From Octopus sinensis (lineage: Eukaryota): a stretch of 64,000 nt of DNA. Each line of letters opens with the position of its first letter. Positions within the stretch are counted from its first letter, which is position 1. Of the stretch, positions 38,005 through 51,740 are shown in pieces. The DNA is taken from NCBI RefSeq assembly GCF_006345805.1, contig NC_043020.1, positions 18,910,001-18,974,000 on the forward strand. Direction: 5' to 3'. Below the pieces are notes generated by a model that saw only the letters and a program-made list of their open reading frames with translations, was not told the origin of the DNA and made no database searches. The position numbers and the translations under genes were made by a program.

Positions 38005-39920
38005 CAGCTATCTTATTTTTATATCGTGCTTTCACTTCACTACCGAGCGCAGCTCTGTGTGCCTTGGGTAAGTGCTGTGGTTTGTTGTGATGCTCCCATT
38101 TTTACTGTATTGAATGTGTTCTGCGTAGGATGTGTGCAGTGCCCAGTAGTGCTGTTTTCTGTATGCTGTATATATTTGCAAGTTCTGGTGTTTTTATTAT
38201 GTATTTGTCTGAATATTTTTTATCATACCTAATGCGCCTACTATGATAGGAATTGTTTTTGTATTTAGACTCCACAGTCGAGTTACCTCTATTTCCAGGT
38301 CTTTGTGTTTTGAAAGTTTCTCCATTTCTTTTAGAGAAACGTTGTCATCTGTTGGTATTGATACATCAATTAGAAAGCATTTTTTTTCTCTTGATGATCT
38401 CTGACAACTGTATCCGGCCTATTGGCCTTAATCTCTCTATCTGTGTGTATTGGTATATCCCAGAGTATGGTTGCTTTCTCATTTTCGGTGACCTTTTCAA
38501 GCGTATGCTTATACCATCTCTTTTCTGTTGTTATTCCATAGTGTTGGCATAGCTTCCAGTGTATGTAGATCCCAACTCTATCGAGTTTGTGAATATATTC
38601 TTCTTAACCAAGACTGGGCAGCCTGAGACAATATGGTTTGTTTCTTGTCCATCTCCATATATTCTGCAGTTACTTGTTATGTTTCTTTTCATTATATGTT
38701 GTTGATTAATTTCTGGTGAGGAGGCTTTGGTTTTGTTGCTGCAATTAAAAATCCTTCAGTCTCTGCTTCTGCTTCGAGTCTTGAGCTTCTCAGCCATTGT
38801 TGGGATTTTATTTTGTCTATTTCTTTTGCGTTTAGTTTAACCCAATATTTGCCACGAAAGGACTCTTCTTACCATCGCTTTATCATGATCCGTTGCTGTT
38901 CCAGTTTTTGTTTGGATTTCAGTTGTTTTACAGCTTTTGTTGTTTCTTCTTTTCCTGTTCATTACCATTGAGGTCTTATAGCACATTTCTACCTGCATCA
39001 TTCCTCCTCCCCCATTTCTTCTAGGTAGGTACAGACGATCAACATCTGCTTTTGGGTAGTGCATATTCTTAAAAGCTTGAAGTTTTCTTGTCTTCCTGTC
39101 CAGACGTTGGAGCTCTGTAAGATTTCAGCTAATGATGTTAAAACTATATTAGACTATTGGAAGTGCCAGGATGTTAATGGCTTCGATGCGATTTTTGGAG
39201 TTCAGTTTTTATTTTTCAGTCTTTATCCTCCTGTAATATTCCTTTTTTTTTTTTTACCTTTCATTGTGGCATGTTGTATACCATCTCCTTCGTTTATCTC
39301 CAGGTATTTGTAATTTTGTTGTGGGTCATGCTCCTTGATGGTAGTGTTGGTATCTAATTTAATGGAAACAGTTTGCCTGAGTTTGCCTCTCACAAAAGTT
39401 GCTTTAGCACACTTATCAAGGCCAAAGTCCATCCCGATGTCATTGCTGAATTCTTTAACAGTTGTTAGCAACCCTATTAGCTCTTTGTCATTTCTAGCAA
39501 ACAGCTTCAGATCGTCCATATAAAACAGATGGTTTACTATAATATTATACACTTTGAACCCATACCTGGTGTTACTCAGTTCGTTTGAGAGTGGGATTAG
39601 TGCTATACAAAAGAATAATCGGGAGAGGGAGTCACTTTGAAAGATGCCTCGTTTAATATTGATGTTGTTAGATTGGCTCATCCTATTTCTATGGTTTAGG
39701 AGACGTGTGTTCCACTTGGTCATGCTACCTTGTAAGAATTTAGAGACGACAGGAGAGATCTCGTGTATCTCAAAGGCCTTGAATATCCACTATCAAACGC
39801 TTTCCTATAGTCTATCCATGCCATACTCAGGTTTTACATGTTGCTCCGGCAATTCTCTACAATCATTTTATTTATGAGCAATTAATCTTTGCATCCATAA
39901 GAATTCCTTTTACAACCTTT
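38005..39920 (-). mobile_element. R4/Dong-type LINE fragment with RT catalytic motif
   Basis: RGIFQSDSLS; NHLFYMDDLKLFA; FGLDKCAK; YKYL; HYPKADVDRLYLPR. 38010-38955 is an inverted homolog of 35015-35930. Confidence 0.9.
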
Positions 39921-39988
39921 ATAATTGCAAAAAGCTGTAAAAGGAACTGTTGTTACTACTACTACAACTACTACTACTACTACTACTG

Positions 39989-40054
<66 letters not shown>

Positions 40055-40059
40055 TTGTT

Positions 40060-41025
40060 GTTGTTTTATCTTTCAGAATGTTCGGTCTTGTCTGTTCTGG
40101 TAAATTCTGGGAGAGCGGACAGCATCCTACTGTCAGAAGTCACACAGGGTCTCTTTCCTCACATTATAACCTTTGATACTTCATTGTTAATTATTGCGGG
40201 TGACATTCAACATCCAAGTACCAATCTCAAAATCCTAGCTGTCCCCAGAAAGGCAGGTTTTGGGGTTTGCTCTGCTCTCATGTCAATTCAGATTTCTCGA
40301 AGTTGGTTGTTAGTACCCCGAGTGCCCCTTCACCCACTAGAATGACACACACTCTCCTCATAGTCCACATTCTTGCAATTTCATCTTTTAGTAGTCTATA
40401 CTTTTCAATCTTTATTAGTTCTTTGTCACTTATGCGTACATCTTCAGGTGTTGCAATATCTATAATTTGGGATTCCTTTTCTTCTCTTTATCTACCACAA
40501 CAATATCTGGTCTCCGAGCATCAGTTAGGGAGTCAGGCTGGATTGTAAAATCCCACAGTCTCTTATATTCTTATTCTCGGTGACTCCTTCTGGTTCCTTT
40601 TCTTATCGTTTCCGTGCTCTGTTCAGTCCGTACTTCTCACATAGCCTCCACTGGACGAACTTAGCCACGTTGTCGTGCCTCCTTTTGTAGTGCTTTTGGG
40701 CCAGCTTGCTCCACTCACTCACAATATGTGAGATTGTTTCGTTTCTGCTGCCAGACATCCTACAAAGGGGGCAACTCACTACTTTTATCTATTTGGAACT
40801 TGGTGTAATTAGTTCTCAGAGCTTGTTCCTGGGAGCTGCATATCAATGTCTCCGTGCATCCTTTCAAATCACTATTTCTTAGCCACCTCCGAGTGTTGAT
40901 CTTGTCTTTTACTTCGATTTCTTCGACGTTTTTCCCATGCAGTGATTTCATTTTCCAGTTGTTTAATCTTTCTTCTTCATCTTGTTTCTTAACTATTTGT
41001 GGATGCATCACATTTCGGGTAGGTA
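40060..41025 (-). mobile_element. R4/Dong-type LINE 3' fragment
   Basis: WKMKSLHGK; TETLICSSQEQALRTNY; RRHDNVAK; RLGDQILW; IIDIATP; KYRLLKDEIARMW. Confidence 0.8.
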
Positions 41026-41034
41026 TTGTATTGG

Positions 41035-41068
<34 letters not shown>

Positions 41069-41102
41069 TATTATTATTATTATTATTATTATTATCATTA
41101 TT

Positions 41103-41143
<41 letters not shown>

Positions 41144-41419
41144 TATTGTTGTTGTTGTTGTTGTTGTTGTTTTTCTTCTTTCTTCAAATTTTCTTCCGTT
41201 TCTCGCCGAGTGTTTTCCGTACACCTAGGGCAGAGAAACTCATTGTATGCATTCCCAGATTACACAAGCAAATTCACAGGTAAAATATGTATTTTAAAAA
41301 ATTAATAAATAAATAAATTCATGAATGGATGTTGTTTTCACAGCGATAATGCTCTTCTCAGAGCATTATCGTTCCAGTTAACACTAACGAGTCGTTCCAG
41401 TTAACATGATTTTTTGCAC

Positions 41420-41734
41420 TTCCTGTAGGGATAGTAAACCTGGTATCATTTTCAAATAGGTTTTAGTACCTTTTTTTTTTTATCATTCCTAGAGATCCTA
41501 CAATCACTGTAGTCGCCTTGGGGTGCCACATTTTTTCAATTTCTATTAGCAAGTCTTTATATTTACTGATCTTGTCAAATTCCTTCGCCGCTATATTGTG
41601 ATCGCAAGGAATATTCATGTCAATTAATAAACACATCTTTTTTGTCTGATCTTTTATAATAATATCAGGTTTATTAGCTTTTATAGTTTTGTCGGTTTAT
41701 TATTATTATTATATTATTATTATTATTATTATTA

Positions 41735-41768
<34 letters not shown>

Positions 41769-42790
41769 TGATTGATTTGCATTTTATTTCATCCTCCGGC
41801 CGAGTCTCAACAAGTGACCTAAGGGATGTACATAGTAGATGGAAGAAAACTTCCTGAGAATGTGAGCGGTTGATACCAACACAATTTTTTGAGCCTCATA
41901 GATTATTGGTTTCCCAGAGATCTGGTCAAAAAATTTGTCACTACCTTTCTTCATCATTCCAAAGGTACCCACAACAACAGGAATGGTTTCCGTTCTTAAC
42001 TGCTACGTCCTAGATATCTCAATCTCAAGGTCCTTATATTTCAACAGTTTTTCAAATTCGTTTATTGAGATGTTTTTTAACAGGCATTTTTTTTGTCTTA
42101 CGTTTTTGATGACGATGTCTAGCCAGTTATCATTTATTTGCCTGTCTGTATGTATCCCATAATTCCATAGGATGGTAACGATCTCTCCATCAGTTTTTAG
42201 GGTGCGGGATATCATAGTGACGGCATAGCTTCCAATGCAAGTGTTGCCCAACTCAATCATGCCTGGTTTTATATTCTGTAGGGGCAAGTTCTGAGCAACC
42301 GGCAACAATGGGATCAATACTCACCAGTTTGCCATTACAGAGTCTATACTTTGTGTCTACCTCATTGTGTGTGACATTAACTTGATAATTCCGAGTGAAA
42401 AGACTCTGATCTTGTGCCGCTAGGATAAATCCTTCTGTTTCGGCTTTCAAACCTGCACTCTGCAGCCACTGATGAGTTCTTCTCCTTAGCTCATTTGAGG
42501 TATTGCCCATGCAAAGGTTTTTCTTGCCACAATCTAGATATTACTTTCAAGATTTTCTGTTTGGCTTCTGTTTTACACTTTGGGGCTGCCTTAGTGGGTG
42601 ATGTGTCCTCTTTACCATCATCATAATCAGGGAGGTCTGTATTTACTCTTACTCTGTTCGTTTTGCTTTACCAGCTGTATCATCCAGTCAGTGTTACTTT
42701 GGATGTACACTTGGAGTCCCATCGTGGTCGTTTTATAGGACATTTCAAGTTGGATTAGACCTCTACCGCCTTCTTTTCGTGGGGGGGGGG
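41420..42790 (-). mobile_element. Two R4/Dong-type LINE 3' fragments separated by (ATT)n
   Basis: WLQSAGLKAETEGFILAAQDQSL.TRNY; GCSELAPTEYK.RH; TILWNYGIHTDR; KYKDLEIEISR; TAHILRK. Confidence 0.8.
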
Positions 42791-42800
42791 AGTAGTGCCT

Positions 42801-42809
42801 GTGGACATC

Positions 42810-42870
<61 letters not shown>

Positions 42871-42952
42871 ATTATATTATTATTATATTATTATCATTAT
42901 TATAATTATTATATTATTATTATATTATTATTATTATTATTATTATATTATA

Positions 42953-43005
<53 letters not shown>

Positions 43006-43040
43006 CATTATTATCATCATCATTATTATAATTATTATTA

Positions 43041-43108
<68 letters not shown>

Positions 43109-43145
43109 ATTATTATCATCATTATTATTATTATTATTATTATTA

Positions 43146-43190
<45 letters not shown>

Positions 43191-43203
43191 TATTATTATC
43201 ATC
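42801..43203. repeat. Long (ATT)n array with single-base slips
   Basis: Direct reading. Confidence 0.95.
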
Positions 43204-43204
43204 A

Positions 43205-43415
43205 AGGCGGCGTGTTGGCAGAATCGTTAGCTCACCGGGCGAAATGCTTAGCGGTATTTCGCCCGTTGCTACGTTCTGAATTCAAATTCCGCTGAGGTCG
43301 ATTTTGCCTTACATCCTCTCGGGGTCGATAAATTAAATACCAGTAAAACAGTGGAGTCGATGTAATTGACTAGTCCCCTTCCCCAAAATTTCGGGCGTTG
43401 TGTCTGTAGTAGAAA
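43205..43415 (+). mobile_element. SINE family 2 between (ATT)n arrays
   Basis: AAGGCGGCGTGTTGGCAGAATCGTTAGC head and family core. Confidence 0.85.
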
Positions 43416-43417
43416 GG

Positions 43418-43526
<109 letters not shown>

Positions 43527-44559
43527 GTATTATTAGAGGGAGTAGTGATTATGGTAATAGTAGAGTTTTTTCGTATCAATACTGTTAACATTTAGTTTTT
43601 GTGTGTTAAGTCAGTTACATCGACTGAGAAGATGCCATTGTATGCTTTGCTTGCAGAGTGTAAAATCCGGCTTGTCTGAAGCATCAGTGATATGTCTGCA
43701 GTCAACGATTACATGAAGAGTCCTGCTGCTGCTGATGGTGGTGGTGGTGGTGTAGGAGGAGGAGTTTTGTGGTGATAGTGGTTGTGGTAGTGGTGAAACG
43801 GATAATGAGATGAAGAGATTCATGTGAGGGTCTCTTCCGTCAAGTAATCCGGGTTATCCGGTAACGCTATCCTGTTTGTAGGTGCAACTCTTCTGCGGAA
43901 GGAGTGTGCTTGAATGATTACCGGCTAAACTTTCTCGCATGCAGGCAAGGGGATAGAGTTCCCTCTCTCAAGTTTAAGAGTGCTGGTTGTAGCAAGGTTG
44001 TTTGGTTCTTTAGTCACGTACATGTTGCATCTAGAATCTCGTCCGTTATAGGATCCTGTGATACAATACTTCACTTCATGGTAGAGTTGTAGACACTACT
44101 GTCTTTTACGTATCAACTGTATTTTGAAAATGACGTGGTGTTTCTCATATATCTGTTTCTCATTATATACAAGTGTTGCATGAAGCGGGTCTTCAACGTG
44201 TTCTCTGTGAACCCGATACACATTTTGGTGGTGTCTCTGCAGACGTATAAACAAATTTCTCATTCAACAATCAAATACGAACATGTTTTTTGGCCAAAAT
44301 ACATTCCTATGTCAACTAAAATTGTTAGCTATCGGAAACATTTTTAGCATAGATCTTCACAAAGAAATTATGGCTCATATTGGCATCTCTAGCAGTTACT
44401 GTATATATGTATATGTGTGTATGTATGCATGTATGTATTTATTGAAGCAGACTGGAAAATTTGCTATTTTTTAAATTTCATTTTACAAATGTTTCGTTAC
44501 AGTATAAGAAATGCATTAAGAACATAAATAGTAATTTTTTTTTATTATTTGTTCCTTCT

Positions 44560-44847
44560 CAAGCCATACCTGGCTCACAGGGCCGGTTTCCCGGTTTTCT
44601 TGGCGTATAGGTTCCCCACCTGGACAGGACTCCGGTCCGTCGCAGGTGAGCTGCAAGATGCAGGAGGAAAGAGTGGAAGAAAGTTGTGGCGAAAGAGTCA
44701 GCAGAAGTTCGCCATTACTTTCTGCCGGAACCGCGTGGAGCTTAGGTGTTTCGTTCATAAACACACACATCGCCCGGTCTGAGATTCGAACCCGCGATCC
44801 CTTGACCGCGAGTCTGCTGCTCTAACCACTAGGCCATGTGCCTCCAC
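44560..44847 (-). mobile_element. SINE family 3 (tRNA-derived head)
   Basis: Minus head GTGGAGGCACATGGCCTAGTGGTTAGAGCAG..GGGTTCGAATCTC contains A and B boxes. Confidence 0.8.
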
Positions 44848-45290
44848 AAATATTAATGTTAAGCTAATGAAATTGATTTTAAAATCTCTGAAAGAGATTC
44901 AAACAGTAACGATACTAAACAGTAATGTTTGTTGCCGGTTTGCATGGCTGTTCTATGCAGAACAATGTTACTACAGGTCTCTTTGTTGCAATATATCAGA
45001 CACAGGCTGTGTGTTGCTAACCAGGCGGAAAAGATGTTTTCTTTTGGTTAAACTGTAGTAACTGTGTTCTGCATGGAACAGCCACGTAAAAGTGGCAACA
45101 AACATTAATATTAGTATCATTGGTTTCAAATTTTAGCACAAGGCCAGCAGTTTCGGGGGAGGGTAAATCAATTATGTCAACCCCAATGATGAAAGGCAAA
45201 ATCAATCTTGGCGGGATTTGAAATCGGAACGTAATGACGGACGAAATGCCGCTAAGCATTTTCCCCGGCATGCCACCTCAATTATTATTA

Positions 45291-45332
<42 letters not shown>

Positions 45333-45355
45333 TATTATTATTATTATTATTATTA

Positions 45356-45818
45356 TTGAGTAAGAGAGCGGTGCATGCCATCAAAGTGACACTGTGGTAA
45401 AATATACGAAGCCCAGTATACCCATCATGACTACCCGTCTGATAAGAGTACACTAGGCACATGCATCACAACCATGTGTGCGAGACATGGTGATCTTATA
45501 TCAAGATAAACAGCACATGACCTTGCAGTTGGGGCCCAGTTAGAATCTTTTTCTGGTCGAGTAACCCATCCCGTTCAAAAGGTCCCTGAATAAGGGTTGT
45601 TTTAGGATGTTGAACGAAATACCTATGTTTCCAGAGGTGAATTATTCAAACTCCAAAGAATCCCTCCCAACACATGACTATGATGCTCCCCCACTACTTC
45701 TGCTCATGATCAGAGATGCACATATCGTCAGCCACTAAGGGACATGGTCAACTGGTTAAGGTCAAACAACTGACAAGCAAATCTGTAGTATTGAGCAGAA
45801 TATTTGCTGTAGCCCGTC

Positions 45819-45819
<1 letters not shown>
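45356..45819 (-). mobile_element. ~600-bp (AAT)n-associated element, copy 3 (5'-truncated)
   Basis: Colinear with 4030-4490. (ATT)n on both sides. Confidence 0.85.
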
Positions 45820-45906
<87 letters not shown>

Positions 45907-45939
45907 TGATTTCTTTTATAATAATAATTGCTTCTTATA

Positions 45940-47668
45940 GAAGACAAAACAAGGGTAATATGGCTAGCAATTATAGAGCAATCACTTGTTTACCATTAGT
46001 GCGGCAATTGTTTATAGGAATGCTCTGAGAAAGCATTTACGAGCGCCTTGACAGCCAGAATTTTCTGCCAGAAGAACAGAAATTTTGCAGGAAGAAGGCT
46101 AGAGGAACGCATGACCTATTATGCTTAGACAAAGCAGTTCTAAAATAAGTGAAATCTAGAAAGAAAAAAATTAACGTTTTTAGCATGGATAGATTATAAG
46201 AAAGCCTATGACATGACCCCACACTCATAGATAAGTGAATGTTTGAGTATATTCATTATTGCAGGCAACATAGGAGAGTTAATAAGCTATAACATTGAAG
46301 ATCGTGACCATAGTGGACGCCCATCTGTCATCGATGACGGTCAATTAAAGACCGCCATTGAGAAAGATCCTCGTAAAACCACTCGAAAACTGCCGAAAGA
46401 ACTTCAAGTTAGCCAGAAAACTGCCTGCAACCATTTTGCATGCGAACGGAAAATCTATTCAGGTAACACAGCCTTAGGGAAAGTTAATATCAAGAGCGGA
46501 ATTTTCCAAGGAGAATCCTTATCCCCTTTAATATTTATGTTTAACCTACCTCTGTTTAATATTAAGGAAGGTAAAAGAAGGGTATCAGTTCAGGAATAGT
46601 GATGGAAAAATTAACTATTCGTTCTACATGGATGATCTGAAATTTGTTTTAGTAAGAATAAGAAAGAAATTGATTCCTTAATACAAACTGTAAGACTCTT
46701 CAGCAAAAGAATTTGGCATAGATACGTGTACAATATTAGTCATGAAAAAGGGACAGGTAGTCAACAGTGAAAGCATCCAATTACCAGATGGCCAGAAATT
46801 AAAATCAATGAACGAAGGAGAAAGTTATAAGTATCTAGGAGTATTAGAATCTGACAGTGTACTAATTATAGAAATGTAAGAGAAATTTGAGAAAAAGTAC
46901 ATCAGAAGGGCGAGGAAGCTAATGAAGTCAAAGTCAAATGGTCCGAATCTACTGAAGGCTGTAAATACTTGGACAGTATCATTACTTAGATACTCAGCAG
47001 CTTTTGTAGATTGGACAAAAGCCGAATTACCAAAGCTGGACAGAAGAACTAGGAAGGAATTCAATATGAATGGAGGACTCCACCCAAGAGCAGGAATAGC
47101 AAGATTATACTTACCTAGAAAGGAAGGTGGATGAGGGTTTACATTAGTAGAAGACTGCGTGGAGTTAGCAAAAGTAGATATAGCCTCCTGTGTAGGTAAT
47201 AGTGAAGAAAGTTTATTAAGAAATGCTAGAATCACAGTCGAACATAGGGAAACCAAAAATGCCAAATGAACTTAAAGGCCAGAAAAAAGGAGAAAGATTA
47301 TCAGACTAGCAAGAGGTTTTGCGTGGTAGATTCCCAAAGATAATTGCAAGACATAGTAGTAGTGAGACATGGTTAATGTTGCAGAAAGGGACGCCGAAAA
47401 GGGAGACAGAAAGCTTGTTAGTAGCTGCACAAGATCAAGCATAGAGGACTAATGGGATAAAAGCCAAGATAGACAAAAATCAGGTAGATTCTTAATGTAG
47501 GTTATGTAAATCAAAAGAGGAAAGTGTCGCTCATATAGTAAGTGAATGTAGTATGCTGGCACACAGAGAGTACAAGAAACGATAGAGAAATCTAGGGAGA
47601 ATAATCCACTGGGAATTATGTAGAAAGCTAGGATTAGACCATATTGATAAGTGGTATGAAAATGAACC
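45940..47668 (+). mobile_element. R4/Dong-type LINE RT region; 3' end resumes at ~48860-48990
   Basis: WIDYKKAYD; GIFQGESLSP; FYMDDLK; YKYLG; GGLHPRAGIARLYLPRKEGG; AAQDQA; KWYENEP cut by mariner; SRILRRVHDI* at 48860-48900. Confidence 0.85.
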
Positions 47669-47670
47669 TA

Positions 47671-48680
47671 TCAGGTTGAGCAAAAGGTAAACAGCCGTTT
47701 GAACCATGAAGAATTTGTACCGGAATTTTCAAAAGTTTTGAATTTTTTTAAAAACTTTATTTTTGCAATAGTATAATGATACAAACAAAGACTTGCCCAA
47801 ATGCATTAATAAATTAACATAGATATTTATTTCACTGTTGTTACAATCATCTGAAGTGAAACTGTCAAAGCGCGATGTTCGAGTAAAGTTTGCTATTCAA
47901 CTTCAAAAAAGGATGTAAAGCAACTGAAACTGCTTGCGATATCAATGAAACATTTGGTGAGGAAATGACCAGTGAGTGGTCAGCTCGAAAATGGTTTGAA
48001 CGATTTCGCAGTGGAAACCTGAGCCTTGAAGATCGTGAGTGTAGTGGACGCCCATCTGTCATCGATGAAGGTCAATTAAAGACCGCCATTGAGAAAGATC
48101 CTCGTAAAAGGACTCGAAAACTGACAAAAGAACTTCAAGTTAGCTAGAAAACTGCCTGCAACCATTTTGCATGCAAACGGAAAATCAGAAAAGTTCGACA
48201 AATGGGTACCATACAATTTGAATGAAAATCAAAAAAATGAGCAGATATGAAATTTACTCGTCGCTTCTCTTCCGTGGTTCGACCAAAATAAAGCACCGAA
48301 AACCTTCCTTAAACCCAAGCTCCTCAAATAGAATGTTACGGTGACTGTTTGGTAGTGTACTGCTGGACTCATCCACTATAACTTCTTAAAACCAGGTAAA
48401 ACCACTACTGCAGAAACATTGCAATGAAATTGCCCAGATGATCGAAAAACTGCTACTCCTCCGTCCCAGACTGGTCAACAGAAGAGGGCCAATTATTCTT
48501 CATGACAATGCTTGACCACGTGTTTCACTAATGACGCTCCAGAAGTTGAGGGAACTTGGCTACGAAGTTTTCCACACCCAACCTATTCTCCAAACCTTTC
48601 TCCTACAGACCACCATTTTTTCAAGCACCTTGATGGTTTCCTGCGAGAGGAGTTTAAAAATCAAACCGATGCTGAAAGTA
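47671..48680 (+). mobile_element. mariner (DD34D) transposon, degenerate
   Basis: TA-TCAGGTTGAGCAAAAGG start. KWFERFRSGNLSLEDRECSGRP; LHDNA..(34)..YSPNLSPTDHHFF. Confidence 0.85.
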
Positions 48681-48984
48681 CGTTGTTATGTCGCAGTACT
48701 ACACAGTGGCTGTGTGAGCTACGAAATCCTCGTCGCCAATGTGATGTTGCACGTTCGGATGATCTCTACTCAATTCAACTCCTCGACGTCTAGACTTCTC
48801 CCTCTATATCTACGTATTGAGCTAGCCTACTTCATCGTATGGGGGCGTCTACACAACATAGGGATATCTAGAATACTTAGGAGGGTTCATGACATCTAAG
48901 GTTACTTGTTACAACAGATGTTAAGAATTTTTTTCTTTTCCAACAGCCCAATCTGTTGTGTGTATGCGAAACAATAATAATAAT

Positions 48985-49430
48985 AATCAAGGCCTGAAAT
49001 TTTTCGGGAGGGAGATATTCAATTACCTCGACCTCAGTACTCAACTGGTACTTATTTTATTGACCCCGAAAGGATGAAAGGCAAAGTCGACCTTGGCGGA
49101 ATTTGAACTCAGAGGGTACCGACGGACGAAATACCGTTAAGCATTTTGCCCGGCGCGCTAACGATTCTGCCAGCTTACCGCCCTAGATATTAATATTACT
49201 ATTCACAATAATAATCCCTTCTACACTAGGCAAAAGGCCTGAAATTTTGGGAGAGGGGGATGGTCGATTACCTCGACCCCAGTATTTCGCTGGTACTTAA
49301 TTTATCAACTTCGAAAGGGTGAAAGGTAAAGTCGACCACGGTGAAATTTGAACACAGAACGTAAAGACAGACGGAATACCGCGAAGCATTTTGCCCGACG
49401 TGCTAACGATTCCGTCAGATCGCTGTCTTA
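48985..49430 (-). mobile_element. Two tandem SINE family 2 copies
   Basis: Two family cores at ~49050 and ~49300. Confidence 0.8.
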
Positions 49431-49912
49431 GATATTAATATTATTAATCATAATAACAATGTTATAGACCTAATAAATTCATAATAGTTATATATATATA
49501 TATACATGTGTGTTTGCATGTTATGTGTTTATAAAAAAGGGTTTATAATGCAAATTATGTCATGATGAATTACAGTAGATTTCAACTTTTGTACCTATTA
49601 TAAATTAATTATAATAGGTAATATTCATAACATTATTAATACCAATATTATTCTTTTACTCTTTTACTTGTTTTAGTCATTTGGCTGCGGCCATGCTGGA
49701 GCACCTCCTCGAAGGGTTTTTAGTTCAACAAATCGATCCCGGTACTTATTTATGTTTAATTTTTTTTAAAATCCTGGTATTTATTCGATCAGTCTCTTTT
49801 ACTGAACTAAGAAACTACAAGGACGTAAACAAACCAACATCTGTTGTTATGTGGTGGTGGCAAACACAAAGGCATACACGCACTTCCACACATAGATGCA
49901 TAGATACATACC

Positions 49913-49984
<72 letters not shown>

Positions 49985-49990
<6 letters not shown>

Positions 49991-50488
49991 CATATATATA
50001 TACATACACACACATGTATACACGACAGGCTTCTTTCAGTTTCTGTCGGCCAAATTCACTCACAATGCTTTGGTTGACCGAGGTTACAATAAAAGGCAGT
50101 TGCCCTAGAGGCAACGCAGTGGACTGAACCCGGAACTATGTTATTGGGAAGAAAACTTCTTACCACACAGTCATCTCTTATACTATAATGAAATACGTGC
50201 AACATGGAATTAAGAATAAACCAGGTTCTGTTTAGATATGTGTGTATATACACAGAGAGAGCGAGGGAGAGAGAGGGAGATTGAGAGAGAAAGAAAGAGG
50301 GAGAGATACACAGTAAGAGAGAGAGAGAGAGAGAGAAATTACTAAACTATGTACGTAACTGAGAATGTTACCAATTGTTGATATATTGTTTACATAAACA
50401 ACTGGCAAAATTGACAATAATTAGGAACAACGAGGAAGTGATTAAAAGAAAATCTATCTATATTATTCGTAAACGAGTGAATAATTTA

Positions 50489-50525
<37 letters not shown>

Positions 50526-50607
50526 CATATATACATCATACATACATACATACATACATATACATACATACATACATACATACATACATACATACATACA
50601 TACATAC

Positions 50608-50652
<45 letters not shown>

Positions 50653-50976
50653 CATATATATATACATACACACACATGTATACACGACAGGCTTCTTTCA
50701 GTTTCTGTCGGCCAAATTCACTCACAATGCTTTGGTTGACCGAGGTTACAAAAAAAGCAGTTGCCCTAGAGGCAACGCAGTGGACTGAACCCGGAACTAT
50801 GTTATGGGAAGAAAACTTCTTACCACACAGTCATCTCTTATACTATAATGAAATACGTGCAACATGGAATTAAGAATAAACCAGGTTCTGTTTAGATATG
50901 TGTGTATATACACAGAGAGAGCGAGTGAGAGAGAGAGAGGGAGATTGAGAGAGAAAGAAAGAGGGAGAGATACACA

Positions 50977-51025
<49 letters not shown>

Positions 51026-51174
51026 TACTAAACTATGTACGTAACTGAGAATGTTACCAATTGTTGATATATTGTTTACATAAACAACTGGCAAAATTGA
51101 CAATAATTAGGAACAACGAGGAAGTGATTAAAAGAAAATCTATCTATATTATTCGTAAACGAGTGAATAATTTA

Positions 51175-51220
<46 letters not shown>

Positions 51221-51300
51221 ATATACATATACATACATACATACATATACATACATACATACATACATACATACATACATACATACATACATACTACATA
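49985..51300. repeat. ~660-bp tandem duplication including a SINE family 1 head
   Basis: CACACATGTATACACGACAGG at 50009 and 50671; unique flank AATTACTAAACTATGTACG.. is duplicated. Confidence 0.9.
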
Positions 51301-51315
51301 CATATATATATATAT

Positions 51316-51392
<77 letters not shown>

Positions 51393-51404
51393 ATTATATA
51401 TATA

Positions 51405-51622
51405 GTGGCACTCCGTCGATTACGACGACGAGGGTTTCAGTTGAACCGATTAACAGAACAGCCTACTCGTGAAATTAACGTGCAAGTGGCTGAGCACTCC
51501 ACAGTTCGTGTACCTTTAGGTGTTTTCACTCAATAAACACTCACAACGACCGGTCTGGGAATCGAAACCGCGATCCTATGGCCGCGAGTCCGCTGCCCTA
51601 AGCACTGGGTCATTGCGCCTCC
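51405..51622 (-). mobile_element. SINE family 3, internally deleted
   Basis: Head and tail match 54908-55287. Confidence 0.8.
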
Positions 51623-51671
51623 TTATATATATATATATATATTATATATATAATATATATATATATATTAT

Positions 51672-51702
<31 letters not shown>

Positions 51703-51740
51703 TACACGCGCGCATATATATATATATATATACATACACA

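Noticed and set aside
42465-42500. CTGATGA possible hammerhead
   Set aside because: Lies in the antisense strand of LINE coding sequence, with no downstream core.
44780-44847. tRNA gene (also ~16396, ~51560, ~55220)
   Set aside because: A/B boxes are present but continue into a shared SINE body. These are SINE heads, not tRNAs.
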